Assembly (NCBI GenBank): GCA_030704615.1
Contig: CM060731.1
Location: 19,840,001 to 19,904,000 of the forward strand
Source of the DNA: Takakia lepidozioides
Taxonomy: Eukaryota > Plantae > Bryophyta
DNA length: 64,000 nt
Direction: 5' to 3'
The notes under the pieces: model-generated
What the model saw: only the letters and a program-made list of their open reading frames with translations
Database searches by the model: none
What the model was told of the DNA's origin: nothing
Position numbers and translations under genes: made by a program
In this document: one piece after another, positions 51,516 through 64,000 of the stretch
How the letters are laid out: each line of letters starts with the position of its first letter
Numbering within the stretch: the stretch's first letter is position 1

Positions 51516-54500
51516 CTTCGTTTCTAAAAGACACAAGCTCTCAAGATCTGTAGGACGAAAACTGATTACAATCCTACAATAGCAGTCTTAGTCAATGCCC
51601 TACAATACGTCAGGAGAATTCAAACAAAATTAGATTGAATTACAACTACAAGCACGAAGAATGCAGAAAAAATTTCCACGGCGACTTCGGATCCGAAGAA
51701 AGGACAGAACAGAAAATTTGGAACAGACGATTATTGGTGTGTAGCTCCGATTGTACAACTGGAAAATCTCAAGAAGCCAGGTGATCAAAGAAGGTCGCTT
51801 CTCAACAATGCAACTACTAGCAGATCGAAACTTCTGGAGAGGTGATCTATGTGAGAGGGAGCGAGAGGAAGAGGAAAAGTGACGGATACTGAAAATCGTA
51901 CACCATCGTATCCGGCGAAGATAAGGAAAAATTGAGATCAACCAACTGCCTGAGAAAGGCACAAATATCGGCAGTGGAGGATTCTAGACAACAAGAGGGG
52001 AGACAGACCCCGAGTCCAGAAAAACAAATCCCCAAGTCCTCTTTCCAGCTGCAAACGCTCAGAAAGAATTAAGCAACACCAGCCCTCCGAATTTCTACCG
52101 CCACAGCAGTTTCCCACCTCCAGCCTACTCCTAGATGAGATGAAAGCAAGCAAACCCCATCAAAATTGGAGCAAAGATGCAGCAGGCCAGGCCGCAAGAG
52201 GCCGCAAGACGCGATAGAATTGCAGATGTCAACAGATTTACAAACAACCACTGAAGGTGGTTGGCCAGGAGTGCCCCACCCCCATGCCTGCCTCCTCTCT
52301 CTCTCTCTCCTACGCCTGCCACTTGGCGCCTCTGCACTGGGGGCGACTGCCACTTGTAGGATTCAAAGCGGAGGGACGGGAGCGTTTTTCTTGGCGTTTT
52401 CACTTTCGACTGCACCGTTCTGTCCGTGTTGGGATGAACTTCGTCTGAGAGGTCACCCAAAACACTAGAATGACGCAGAATACATCTCGTGTAGGGACGT
52501 AATTCATCCTTCATCCACCTAGCTAATCGTGAACAAATCATGAGCATTAACGTAGGGCCCATGTGATCCTTACTAGGGCTTTTTGACCCGCGTCAAAAAT
52601 CACCGCACTTCCACCAATAGAAATTCTCCACGTGTTGCTAGATACTTGCTTCTGCCGGTATCTGGCTTCTCTGAATATGCTTTTCCAGATTCGAGATTCC
52701 ACAATGCTCTCCTGTCCATTCCACAAGTGGAGTGTGCCCATTTGCAAGGACCACAAACTTTGCTTTTCGCATGAATTTTCTCCTTTTTCTGGCCAGTTTA
52801 ATAATATTGTTTATATTTTTATACTCATGCGGGGATCGGAGACAACCTCCGTGAGTCTGCTTTTTCCTGGTTGTTGGTTCAAGTAGGGTCCATTTTTTTT
52901 GGATGAGAGATGAAAGATAAAAAGGGGGTCCAGCACTGAGTGCCACCCATATGTCGAGTCTGGGTTCAAATCCTGCTACCTTGTCGGGTGAGGTGTAATG
53001 TATATAATCTTCTCCCCCCTTTCCCCATGAGCTTGGTCAATGCCTCTTGGTGAGGTTACGTTGAAAGAAGTTATTTTCTGAATTGAGGGGCCTGGTTTGC
53101 GAGGGGTCATTTTCTTCTCTTTTGTGTCATCGCCTTGCGGGTAGAGCACACTTTGTTGGTGGAAGGATAGGATACTTTGGACTAGGAAATATCTGCAGGC
53201 CCCAGTTGTTGCAAGTTGCGGTAGCGATGGATTTGGACGTGCCTGACGGATGAAATGATGGACATCCATGAAAAAGAAATATTCCTTGCTGGATGATACG
53301 ACTACTTTCATACATCAGTAAATGAGGTTCCCGAACATTAAAGTACATGCTTCCACTAAATCCAAAATCTTACCATTTTGTCTATGCCACTCATCAAAAG
53401 ATTTTAAATATATTTTTTCTTTACTCCAACGAGATTTTTTGCTTCGCCTTTGTTGGAACAATCGTAGCCTGTTTCAGTCGGTGGCCCAAATACTTTCTAT
53501 CCATTTGTTTTACATTTTATCTTTGAGCCAGGTATCCCATCCAGGTGATTCTGGGCTCAACTCCTGCCATTCAGTGTGTTTCTCAGGTCCTTGAAAGTGG
53601 TTATTTTCTCCTCTCACTTTTTTTTCTTAAGAAAGGGGAGGAAGCCCTTGAAACTTTATTCGAATTATTTGAGGGAAAAAAATTAAAACCCTGGCGAAGG
53701 CAACCCTCACTTTCATTTACTATTTCTTTTCTTTTTTTTCCTTAAAGGGAGAGACCCTTTAAATATGAGAGAAAATAACCATGCATGAGGCATGATTGGG
53801 TAGTACTAACACCTGTAACCCAGCCACGAGGGTTAACCAAGGGCCTGACTCCCTGGTTGAATATATATATATTCGCATCAATTCAAAAAGTTCGCAGTTC
53901 CCAAGGCAACTACCGTGACGTGGGGATATGTGATTGACTACAGTTCAGCGAGTAGATGGATGGATGGTCGCCAGGACTTGGGAATGACACGCGGCGCTGT
54001 CTGTGCCTTCAGAAAGCCCGCCTCGTGTCCGCTGCACTGAGTCATGTCTCCCGCGTGGCACGATGGAATCGAATATGCCTGACCCCATTGAAGGTCAGAG
54101 TGCGAGATGCATCTGCCTTTTCACACGGCCCGCTTGGACGCTTGGACCTCTTGCGGGGTGTTTTACCGACGTGGGCACTATTTCTTTTGGATGAAGAGTT
54201 TAATGGATGGACGAGCCCTTCAAAAATAAGTTCTTTCATTCACAACCTTCCATCGTGCCCATGTAATGCGATGGTTTCTCTTATCCCAGTGATTCAGTTA
54301 GTAGGATTCTTATGTTTTGCGATAATGATGCTGAGTTATGTATCACCGTAGTATGTATCCCCAATCGGACGTCTACAGGATGTCTGAATGAAAGCGCCTG
54401 CATGTGGTCCACCTCCCTTCCCATGCCAGGTAAGTAAGGCCCACTTATGCATGCCCCAAGAGTCAAGAACATGCGATGGGGTAGTTTGCTTGGTGGGATA

Positions 54501-54589
54501 GTTGGGATAGGCGAGCTGTAGCCAAAAGCCGCTATGCAATAGCTTGCAATGGAGAGGAGAGTATGAAGTGTGGAGGCTCCCAACGCAAC

Positions 54590-54614
54590 TATATATATAT
54601 ATATATATATATAT
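54590..54614. repeat. (TA)n microsatellite
   Basis: Direct reading. Confidence 0.9.
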
Positions 54615-56082
54615 TTCCCTCTACATACAACCAAATTAGCGCGTAAGCCAATAGTTGTGGTTGAATGTCAAAAAGTGTCCACTTTCCAGTAGCCCTTTGG
54701 GCTTAACTGACACCCTAATCTACACTTGCTTCGGCAAAAGTCCACATTTTTCTTTTAGATATTATATAGGAATCGTATGTAACATAATTTATATTGTGTG
54801 TAGGTATGCAACGCGATTTTTCTGCTCAAACTTAATTCTATGTGTCCCTTTCTTTATTTATTTATTTTTAAACTACAATGCACTTGCGTATGCTTCATTT
54901 TGGCGTCATATAGCTAAGGAGTGATTTTTTATAGGATTGAAATTTGAAGTGAATAGTGCCCCCCAATCAATAGGTAGTACATATACTTTAATTGCTTTTT
55001 TAATAATAGCAACTTAAAATATTATTGTATATTTTATTTTTTTAGTTATATGATTGATATTTCTATATATGAGTAATTCAAATAAAGTTGATTATATTTG
55101 TAAGTTTTAGGTCTAATCTGGAAAGATCTTATAATTGATTCATTCGCATATAACTGTGGAAAATATCGTTACCTATGTTCGTTGTGTTGAGCTATATTGA
55201 ATGGGATTTATACTCCAACTTTTCTTAAATTACATGCCGTTTACTCTAGTATGGGTGATGGTGCGTAAGAGTAAGTATTAATGGTATGTTTATGTATTTA
55301 TTTATACCTATCACATCCAGTTTTCTATCTCCCACATCGCAAGTCCAAAAATTATGAAACTGCCTTGATGCACCTTGCCATCAAGAGCCTTGAAGCGGTA
55401 TCAAAAACCCGGGCGGAGGCCTTTCGGTTTGGGAGATCTCAACGCTTAGACAAACAAAACAAATCAAAACAAACTAGGATTGCTAGGATTAGGATTGCTA
55501 AAGTATTGCTAGTGTACAAAGAAACTACCAAGTTTTGAAGAAGCAGCCATCTATCATTTGGGTGGTAAGATCGGGACTAGGTATTCCATAAAGGTATAAG
55601 GACAAACATATAGTTACACGTGGCTGCTCCTTCAAGTGCACTTTTGTAGGTAAGCCAACACACCTATGTACTTGGGCTGCTCCTCTGGAGTCCTACATGG
55701 TGAGCGAGTGAAGGATGTATGAGCGAATGGCTCCTTTCCCTGGCGAATTTCCTCATTTTTCATACCTACGTTTGTCGGAAGAGGTGGAGAAAGAGAAATC
55801 ATGGCAGTGCATACGGTGAGCATAGGGGACATGTCTTCCTTCTCCGCATGTTCTCGAGGCATCTCGGTGGAAGTTTCAACCAAGTGTGAGCTGAACACTC
55901 TGTACGCCCTTCAGCATCTTCCAAACCGCATTGCATTGAGACAAACTGTTTCCAACCAATTGCTGGGCAGTGGAGAGCAGTAGAGGAGGTTTATAGACAG
56001 GGGGATAAGCAAGGCGGCAATCCGTAGTCACACTCAGCAAGGAAGTTTCCGGCACAGAAACCTGTTCAATAAACCTAATACA

Positions 56083-56151
56083 GACGTGGAGAAACTTGGG
56101 ATCGAGTACTTTTCAAACCCCAGTCAGTGGTGGGACAATCGAGGCCATAAG
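56083..56151 (+). pseudogene. Divergent OSB-type PDF half-motif ending at a splice donor
   Basis: DVEKLGIEYFSNPSQWWDNRGHK|gtgtat. Confidence 0.7.
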
Positions 56152-56468
56152 GTGTATATGTCTGTTTTGCAGAAGCAGACTACAAGATGAATTGAAAAAA
56201 ATTGTAGCAAATTAATGCCTGGAGTTCTGATCTTTCTTTGTCAGTTGCATGGGGTCTGCTAAAGTACCCTAATTGTAATTTTTAGCACTACAGAACAACG
56301 AGCAATTCATTACATATTGCAAGGAGCAGAGATCTATTATCTACCTATATCAGGCTGATGAGATTACTATAGGAAACCTTGACATTAGTGTCAACGTTCT
56401 AATATATTCTTGGGCGCACATGACAGACCAATCAGATTCTGGGCTTATGGCCTATTTTTACTTCAGCG

Positions 56469-57500
56469 GTGAGTCGAATTCGAATGCAGACCAAATGTGT
56501 CATAAAAAAAACTCTTGACAAACATCTGAAGCATCAAGAGTCTTGCCGGAGATTTTACCATAGCTTGAGGAATGAATCGGTTATGATGCCAACAAAATTC
56601 TTATGCATCATTCATGATAAGATGGATCATCGAAAGACTGCTCTTCCACGTTTGCAAACAACGAACAAGATGATTTCAGGCTTGGGGCAGTTTCTAGTGT
56701 CTATGGCGGGTATCGTTACTCACGGTCACGGAGATGGCGCGTACGCTCAATATTGGATGGATTTTTGGCCAGCAGATCCCAACTTCGTTATATGATCTTT
56801 GGCTAGAATTTTGCGACAATTGGAGAAACCAACATATCATGAATCAAGAGCCATTTTTGACAACCCCATGCAAACTGATTTATTTGAAGTCATAATGAGA
56901 GGAAAATCCAGGTATTTGGATGTTTTGAAGTCTTGTTCTGAAAATGATAAGAAATGAGCGTTTCCATTACCACGAAGATTGTATCTACAAATTGACAATT
57001 GTGTCAAAGACAACAAGAACACGTGGATATTAGCGTTCTTATCACAAGAGAACAACACCTATGTTCTTTCCGATCTCATGAAAAATTTCATGGTATCTCA
57101 AGACCTACAATTCATTCCACAAATAATTCAAGAAGTTCCAGACTTCAAGGATTTTGTCGACGGCTTTATTTTAGAGGGGAAAGAGGCTTTGGTTGGAGCT
57201 ACGGAAATGCACATTTTTCGGTTTTTTGTTGATTCGGATGGTTGGCCTCTAATGTAATACAAAAAATCTGCAATAGATTCGGATTGGCTTCCAAAAAATA
57301 GCAATGTCAAAATGTGGAAAGCACAAGACGATGTTCTCCAATGCTTCCAGTTGGACAGCCAAAACCGCTCCGTAAAAGACCTATTTTGGGAGATGGTGAC
57401 GAAGCATTAGAGAAACAATCTTGCATCAAGTCCGGTATTAAAAAGTACATGGATTTTTGGAAAAAGTGGACGCTCTTGGATGATCAATATGGAAATATCA
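56469..57500 (+). mobile_element. Decayed Sola/DUF7869-like DDE transposase fragment
   Basis: LCIIHDKMDH.KTALPR...THGHG...DPNF...LPRRLYLQIDNCVKDNKN...AFLS, with stops and an internal deletion. Confidence 0.6.
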
Positions 57501-60430
57501 TGAAATAATTATTCATGCCTGTGAGCGTGGTTGTGTACTCTTCCGTGGGGAGTATGAGAATGTAGACATTTGCCCAGTGTGCCGCAGTTCCCGTTACATT
57601 CCTGGTCGTGGAAGTGTGCCCAAGAAAGTATTGTGACACTTCCCTGTCATTCCAAGGTTGAAACATATGTACCGATGTAAATCGATCACTAACCTCATGA
57701 CATGGCACGACAGACATAAGAGCCAGGATGGGTTGGTTCGACATCCAGCTGATAGCAAAGCATGGAGACACATTGACACCACATTTGAGGATTTTGCTGC
57801 AGAGCCACGATCTCTGCGATTTGGATTGGCCTTAGACGGTGTAAATCCCTACGGAGCTCAATCCACAAGTTGGAGCACATGGCCCGTTCTCTTGGTCAAT
57901 TACAATTTGCCTCCGTGGTTAATGACCAAAAAGTTCTTTGTCATGTTAGCGCTACTGATTCCTGGTAAGGAGTCTGTTACCTCGAACAACGTAGATGTTT
58001 ACCCGATGCCCCTAGTGGAAGAGCTATTAGAACTATGGAGAGGGATTGCAGCTCATGATGTTTCCCGTCCTCGTGGTCAACGCGAATTCACACTGAGGGC
58101 AATGTTGATGTGGTCAATCCATGACTACCCTGCATATGGCTTGCTCTCAAGTCAAGTGACAAAAGGTTATGCTGGTTGTCCAGCTTGTGGACCCGGGGTG
58201 ACTTCACAGCAGTTACACACATGTGGAAAAATTGTTTTCCTAGGCCATCGAAGATTTTTGGCCCGCAATCATCCATATAGAAGGTCAAGAATGTTCAATG
58301 GCGCTACTGAGCATGGAACTCCTCCAAAAACGCAGACTGGAACACAAATCAAGGAGCTTGCAACAGCTCGCACTGCATGGGTGGAAAACGGAGGGACGCC
58401 AGATAGCAGGACAAACCCAGCAAAAACTCATGGAGTTAAGCGATTGTCAATTTTATATGTCTTACCTTATTGGGAGGTAATTCTTTCATGACCTTTAAAT
58501 TGGCTGTGTACATTTTTGCGTTTTCTGTTTAAATTGTGATGAGTAAATGCTCAATAGCTTATGTGTTCATTTTGTAGGGTCTCCTCATCCGCCACACGTT
58601 TGACGCAATGCATTGCGAAAAGAACTTGGCTGAAAATATTATTAAGACTATCTTTGGTGAGAAAGACACATTGAAAGTTCGCCGTGATTTGGAGCTACTT
58701 GGGATGCGCCCGGAATTGTGGCTACAACGTGATCCTGACAGAGCAGATACGTTAATTATGCCTCTTGCCCCTTATGTCCTCACTGAGGCTGAGTTACAAG
58801 TCTTTCTGGAGATTGTGCAGAACTTGAAAGTGCCAACATGCTACGCATCAGCTTTCAAAAAGCATGTGGTGAAGAAGAAGTTGTCTGGCATGAAATCACA
58901 TGACTATCATGTGCTCATGCAGCAAATTATACCGCTTGCTATCCGTGGGCTCATGGCAAGTGGTCCTCGAAGGGCCATTTTGCGAGTATGTCGTGTATTT
59001 AAGAAGTTGTGTGCAAAAGTGGTGAATCTTGTAGAGTATGAGGAATTGAGAACTGAAGCAGTTCTCACTCTGTGTCTTATAGAGAAGGAGTTCCCACCAT
59101 CATTTTTTGATGTGATGACACATCTGGTTGTTCACCTAGTGGATGAGTTGTACTTATGCGGGCTCGTAGCATCTCATTGGATGTACCTCATGGAGCGGGC
59201 AATGAAAAATATGAAGGGCTACGTAAGAAACATGGCAAGGCCCGAGGGGAGCATGGCAGAAGGATACCAATTTGAAGAAGCATTGGGTTTTTGCACAGAG
59301 TATATGGCAGGATTTGATGGAAGTGTACGAAGGGTGTGGGATGCAGATGAGGCAGAATCTGTGGAACGTGAAGTTGTGGAAGGAAGTCCTAAAGCCCGAA
59401 AATTGAATGACCTGTGTGATATTGTACATGAGTACATCATTCAGAACCATCCTCGTCTGTCAGTCATGTTGGGGTAAGAAATCTACTTCATTGACATTCA
59501 GATTTCCAAGTTTTAGTCATTTATCATTAGTTGGCATATGGCGTCTTTTCAAATCTCCCACGCCACCTCTGTCAATCTCTTGGCTGACCCTCGGATTGTG
59601 ACAGGATATATGAAGCAGAGTCCACACGGATAGAAGCCAGACGACGCTTGTTTCGTGAGGAGCAAGGGCTGGAAGGCATGAGCAATCCCACGACAATTCA
59701 GTACCCTCCTGATTTGCATCCTTGTCCTCCATTTGCAGTTTGGCTCCCTCAAGGTGTACGGGATCATCTCTCAATTCAATCAGATGGGCTTGATCCTACA
59801 ACACGTGAGGAATTACTGGATCTTTCAAGGCCTCCATCATTTACTGCCCTGTCATTCAAGAGTATGACAGCGTATGGTAACCATTACAGGGTTACATCCC
59901 CCGACATGAACACAACAAGTATGGTGTCTTTTGATTGTGGAGTCTCATCTGTTTTCCAACACCAACCCATTACCAACAATTCAGGCAATGACATGGAGGA
60001 ACCTACAAGATATGTAGGTCTTATAAGGGAGATTTTGCAAATTGACTATGGCCAAACACAGCCTATAGTGTTTTTGTGTTCGTGGATACGGGCGAGTCGC
60101 GTGGGTCATCAACCTATGTCAATGAAGCAGGATGATGCTGGCTTCACACTTGTCAATTTTAACCGTATGCTTCCACCTTCTGAGCAACCTTTTGTGTTTC
60201 CTGGCCAGGTTGATCAAGTGTTTTTTTCTGATTGTGTGGAGGAGCCGGGGTGGAAAGTCGTCCTGGAGAAGAGCCCCCGAGCACGTAGAGTGGTCTGCGA
60301 CATATCAATTGATAATGATGATGTGGCAGAAGTGGAAGGATTGTTAGCCCAACAAAGACTAGAGGAGACTCTGGTTACTGATGGCCCAACATGCAGCCGA
60401 GCGGGTTACTCCAGAGCGGTTACTCCATGA
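57500..60430 (+). mobile_element. CACTA (En/Spm) Tnp2 transposase pseudogene (Transposase_21 + DUF4218 + DUF4216), 5'-truncated
   Basis: IHAC..GC.LF...CPVC..SRY, KVL*HFP, RHPADSKAW, LALDGVNP, YNLPPW, IHDYPAYG, intron 58477-58577, DAMHCEKN, MKSHDYHV, FPPSFFDVMTHL, WMY.MER, second intron, YVG.I.EI...DY...F.C.W, EQPFVFP.QV.QVFF. Confidence 0.95.
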
Positions 60431-60845
60431 TGCAGTGGCCTCCTTGTACCCAGACATAGATGAGGATGATGAAGATTAGATATGCTAGATTTGTGCACTC
60501 CAGTTATAGACCATGCATGATAGTTTAAGGTGGTAACACTCCCTTCGCATTCCCATTAAGATATCATGCTTGGACACTGGATTTTATGATCAATTATGGA
60601 GTGCTTTCCTTTCAGCACCTTTTATTCATTTGTTGTTGCAATTGGCTTTGGACCAACCCGTGCTGGTACCATTGCCATGGGTTCTGCCTGCAATGTTTTC
60701 TTGCCATGGATTCGGCACACGCCACGAAAGGCCATCCAGACCATCCTCTGGAAATGCTCCAATGTTGTTTCAAACATCTCCACATTGCAATGGATACAAC
60801 ACTGACATTAGATGAGTGAAAGTGAGACTAGACCTCCAGCCAGCC

Positions 60846-60995
60846 GGCTTTCCCACATCAAATTGAAGGGGATCTGTAGATTATAGATAACGGCTGTTGC
60901 CTTCTCAATGTCTTTTCCAATCACCTCTGCAATGAACTGGGGTATAAGATCCTTCAAATCACAAGTTTGAGCATCACGCACAAGCCACTTACGGG
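60846..60995 (-). pseudogene. RPS3A: 40S ribosomal protein S3a fragment, copy 1
   Basis: VRDAQTCDLKDLIPQFIAEVIGKDIEKATAVIYNLQ. Confidence 0.8.
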
Positions 60996-61586
60996 GATAG
61001 AGTTTCCAATGCAAACCATTGGTCTTTTATTGATAGCATTGTTGTAAAATACATGGACCAACAAGGTCAATTTCGGGAATGACATATAGTACGCTTTCAC
61101 GTACTATGTAAGCATGCAACTATGTACCAGTGACGTGGCTTGTTCGCCACTTAACCTGTTTGCCCATTCAGCCATCTCCACATTGTCATGGATTTTGCAT
61201 GCTGGATTGTGAGGGCCATCCACACCGTCCTCTGGAAATGCTATCATGGGGTTTTAGCTATGTCCACATTTCCCTGGATTATGCCTGCACGAAGCAAGGC
61301 CAACTGCATTCAGCACCCTCCACTTTATTATAGTATTGCAGCAACATTCAAAGCACTTCAATTTGTATCCATCGAAAACATCTAGGCTGGAAAAAGACAT
61401 TGTTGCAGCAGAACTTAGGAAAGTACTTCTCCCCTTCCACTACACACGTGAAATGAAAGAAGTCAACCAACAGCATACCAGCCAAGAAAATATGAAACCA
61501 GCCAAGAAAAGAGCCAATATATGCAGTGAAGGTCGACACTAAATGAAACTTATCCAACACTTACATTAGAGGAGGGAAGCTCTTAC

Positions 61587-61700
61587 CTCCATAAGCTTGC
61601 CCACATCAAATTTGGGAGCTTTCAGAATTTTTCCTTTCCGGTTGAATGAACTTGGCTACAAGATCCTTCAAATCACAAGTTTGAGCTTCACACACAATGA
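61587..61700 (-). pseudogene. RPS3A: 40S ribosomal protein S3a fragment, copy 2, ending at a splice donor
   Basis: EAQTCDLKDLVAKFI (deletion) KILKAPKFDVGKLME|gtaaga. Confidence 0.85.
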
Positions 61701-61811
61701 ACTTACAGGGATTGAGCTTCCAATGCGAACCAGAAGTCTTATATTGATAGCATTGTTGTAAAACACATGGACCAACAATGACAGTCTCTGGAATGACATA
61801 TAGTACAGCAT

Positions 61812-62432
61812 GCCGCTTCCAGTTGACCATCTACCCATGTAGGTTTCTTGTAACTATCTTTCCACAGGGAATCATAGGTAATGTGGAGCTTGAAATCCAG
61901 CCCTCTTGGATGAATCTGGACCCACACTCTATCCCTGCTCCTTCAGCTATCCATGCCTCTGACAGCCTACAATTCTACCAGCAAACACCCCAACCATACT
62001 GGTGTGGAGTTCTTCCCCAAAACACCCCAACCCTACTTATCACAATCTGAAATGCATCTGCTTCTCTCTGTAGTCCAACAGGCATTCGCCTTTTTGTCTC
62101 CATTGTCCCACCATTGGGGTCAGAAAGTGTTCACCCCAAAGCTTCTCCTCACCTCTATTATATGTTTTTGGATACTTCCCTGCTGCCACACTGGCAGTAA
62201 CTTGCCAAAGTCACTCCAAACCACCACAGATCTACCCAACGACCTAACTTACAGAATTCAATAGGCATCTTGCGGCCGAGTCTGATGAGAGGGCAACACG
62301 GGCTGAAATAGGTTGAAGAAGAAGGTGCCCTACCACATTGTCCTTAACCTGTCCTGACCCATGGAGGATTTGACCGATGACCTCTTGTGTGTGCTTCTTG
62401 TGTCTGTAGTCAGGTAATGTCGGATTGGTCTG
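61812..62432 (-). pseudogene. OSB-type PDF-motif gene fragment with intron
   Basis: cacag|TNPTLPDYRHKKHTQEV...SNPPW, the linker, a degenerate EEKLW...WWDN, an intron-like stretch, then ccag|IHPRGLDFKLHITYDSLWKDSYKKPTWVDGQLEAA. Confidence 0.75.
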
Positions 62433-62759
62433 TGAGATCGAACCACTAGGGCGTAGCTGAGTAGTCAGAGATTGAAACACGCTTGCTAAGACCAAGCTGA
62501 CTCTCCCAAGAACGGCGAGCTCGCTTCTCCTCGTCTCGTCTCCTTCTCCTCTTCTCCTTCGTGCATCATTTGCTCAACGCCTCCATCCCACGCCCCTGCA
62601 TATCCTGCTATCATCGCATTCCATCCCTCAGCTATGTGGTGTGGCGCAGGAGACAAAAAAACGCCAAGTCCTAGCCCTCCTTTCTGTTCACGATTACACT
62701 AATGGGCAACCTTATTAGCAATTTTTTAACTTTTTAAAACCTAATGGGCAACCTTATTT

Positions 62760-63095
62760 GCATTATATGTGCCTTCAAAATGACACGTGTAGTGATGTAG
62801 TTGTATAAATAGAGCTCTGAAACCATCTTCAGTCATGGAGTCATAAGATTCCATGAAACGTCGTCCACGTGTAGTCAAACATATCACACTAGTCATATAA
62901 ACCATCCCTGTCATCATGGTCAACAATGTTTGACCAATGCTCCCTAACTTTCCGGAGTCATGTAGTGATATCCATTACTACAAAGTCATAAAACTAAAAT
63001 TGTAATGCATTTCAGCGCTCTGTAGTCATCTACCTAGTGCAGTTTTTATGACTCCGCCAAAGCCGTAGTCCTAAAAACGCTCATCTCTTGTAGTG
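62760..63095 (+). mobile_element. CACTA 3' terminal region
   Basis: Ends ...CGCTCATCTCTTGTAGTG at 63095 (reverse complement CACTACAAGAGATGAGCG). Repeated GTAGTG/AGTCAT/ATGACT subterminal motifs. Confidence 0.85.
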
Positions 63096-64000
63096 ACTAT
63101 GGCTGAACGAGATGTGGTGTCGTGGAGTGCGATGCTTGCGGGGTATGCACAGCAGGGGTGCGGGATGGAGGCTCCAACCTATGAGCAAATGATGGGGGAA
63201 GGGGTGAAGCCCGCCGACATAAGATTTGTGTGTGTTTGCAGTGTGTCTGGTAGCCGTGGAAAAGGGCAAAGAGATCCCTGGTGACATGATTAAATCTGCA
63301 ATTGTTCCAGATGTCATCCTGAACACTGCTCTGGTGGCCATGTATGCCAAATATAGTAGCATTGAGGATGCCAAGGGAGTGTTCAAAACTATGGCTGAAT
63401 GAGATGTGGTGTTGTGGACTGTGATGCTTGCAGGGTGTGCAGAGCAGGGGCGCTGGATGAGGCTTTGGAGACCTGAAAGCAAATGATGGGGGAAGGGGTG
63501 AAGTTCATCCACATCATGTTTGTGTGCGTTTGCAGTGCGTGTGCAAGCCTGGCAGCCCTAGAAAAGGGCATCGGAGGTGCATGGTTGCATCACCAAAGCT
63601 GGAAATGTACCAGATGGATTAATAGCTACAAGAAACCTGCATGGGTAGATGGTCAATTAGAAGCCGCAGCAGCAGCGGCACAATGATAAACTCAGGCACT
63701 GGTAATGAAGGCACCTTCTTCAACACATTTCACCCTGTTTTTCCTTCTTGTCAGAATCGGCCCTAAATTTTCATGTTGAATTCTGCAAGTTAGCTGGTTG
63801 AGTGAGCCTTTGATAGTTTGGAGCGACTTTGACATGGTACTGCCAATGTGACAACAGGGAAGTATCCTGGAATAGGTAAGACAAAGAGAAGTTGTGGAAT
63901 GAATACTTTTCTGACCCCAGTCAATGGTGGGACAACCGAGGCAAAAAGGTGAATGCCTGTCAGATTACCAGATGTCATTCTGAACACTGTCTCTGCCCTG
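63096..64000 (+). pseudogene. PLS-class PPR fragments fused to PDF-motif fragments, running off the window end
   Basis: TMAERDVVSWSAMLAGYAQQG, PDVILNTALVAMYAK..IEDAKGVFKTMAE*DVVLW, CSACASLAALEKG, then WINSYKKPAWVDGQLEAAAA, the linker, and EYFSDPSQWWDNRGKK|gtgaat. Confidence 0.85.

Noticed and set aside
52940-52976. GGGTTCAAATCC as a tRNA gene
   Set aside because: B-box-like motif only; no cloverleaf could be built.
56286-56303. CACTACAGAACAACGAGC as the 5' TIR for the end at 63095
   Set aside because: Only partial similarity, the flanks TAG and ACT do not match, and there are no subterminal repeats.

Overview
Eukaryotic nuclear DNA from a land plant, most plausibly a non-seed plant (inference from spliceosomal introns, many PLS-type PPR fragments, and a plastid ndhH insertion with unedited-looking codons). 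Five host genes look intact: a secreted nepenthesin-like aspartic protease (6865-10305, +), a small glycine-rich protein (12386-14202, +), pyrroline-5-carboxylate reductase (18600-21640, -), an intronless subtilase (37996-40374, -) and sucrose-phosphate synthase (42679-51515, -). Between them is decayed transposon-rich DNA: two inverted copies of an hAT-type MITE with 8-bp TSDs, a chromovirus fragment, two CACTA 3' ends, a CACTA Tnp2 transposase, a Sola/DUF7869-like fragment, RTE-LINE and Ulp1-like fragments, and a TTAA-flanked piggyBac-like element. Two structures stand out. One is a recurring shuffled cassette of intron-bearing host gene pieces (PPR, OSB-type PDF motifs, RPL23A, RPS3a) beside both CACTA ends. 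The other is three FCP1/SCP-like phosphatase-fold domains associated with a CACTA remnant. All calls come from reading and recalled family motifs; no searches were run, and boundaries of decayed elements are approximate.
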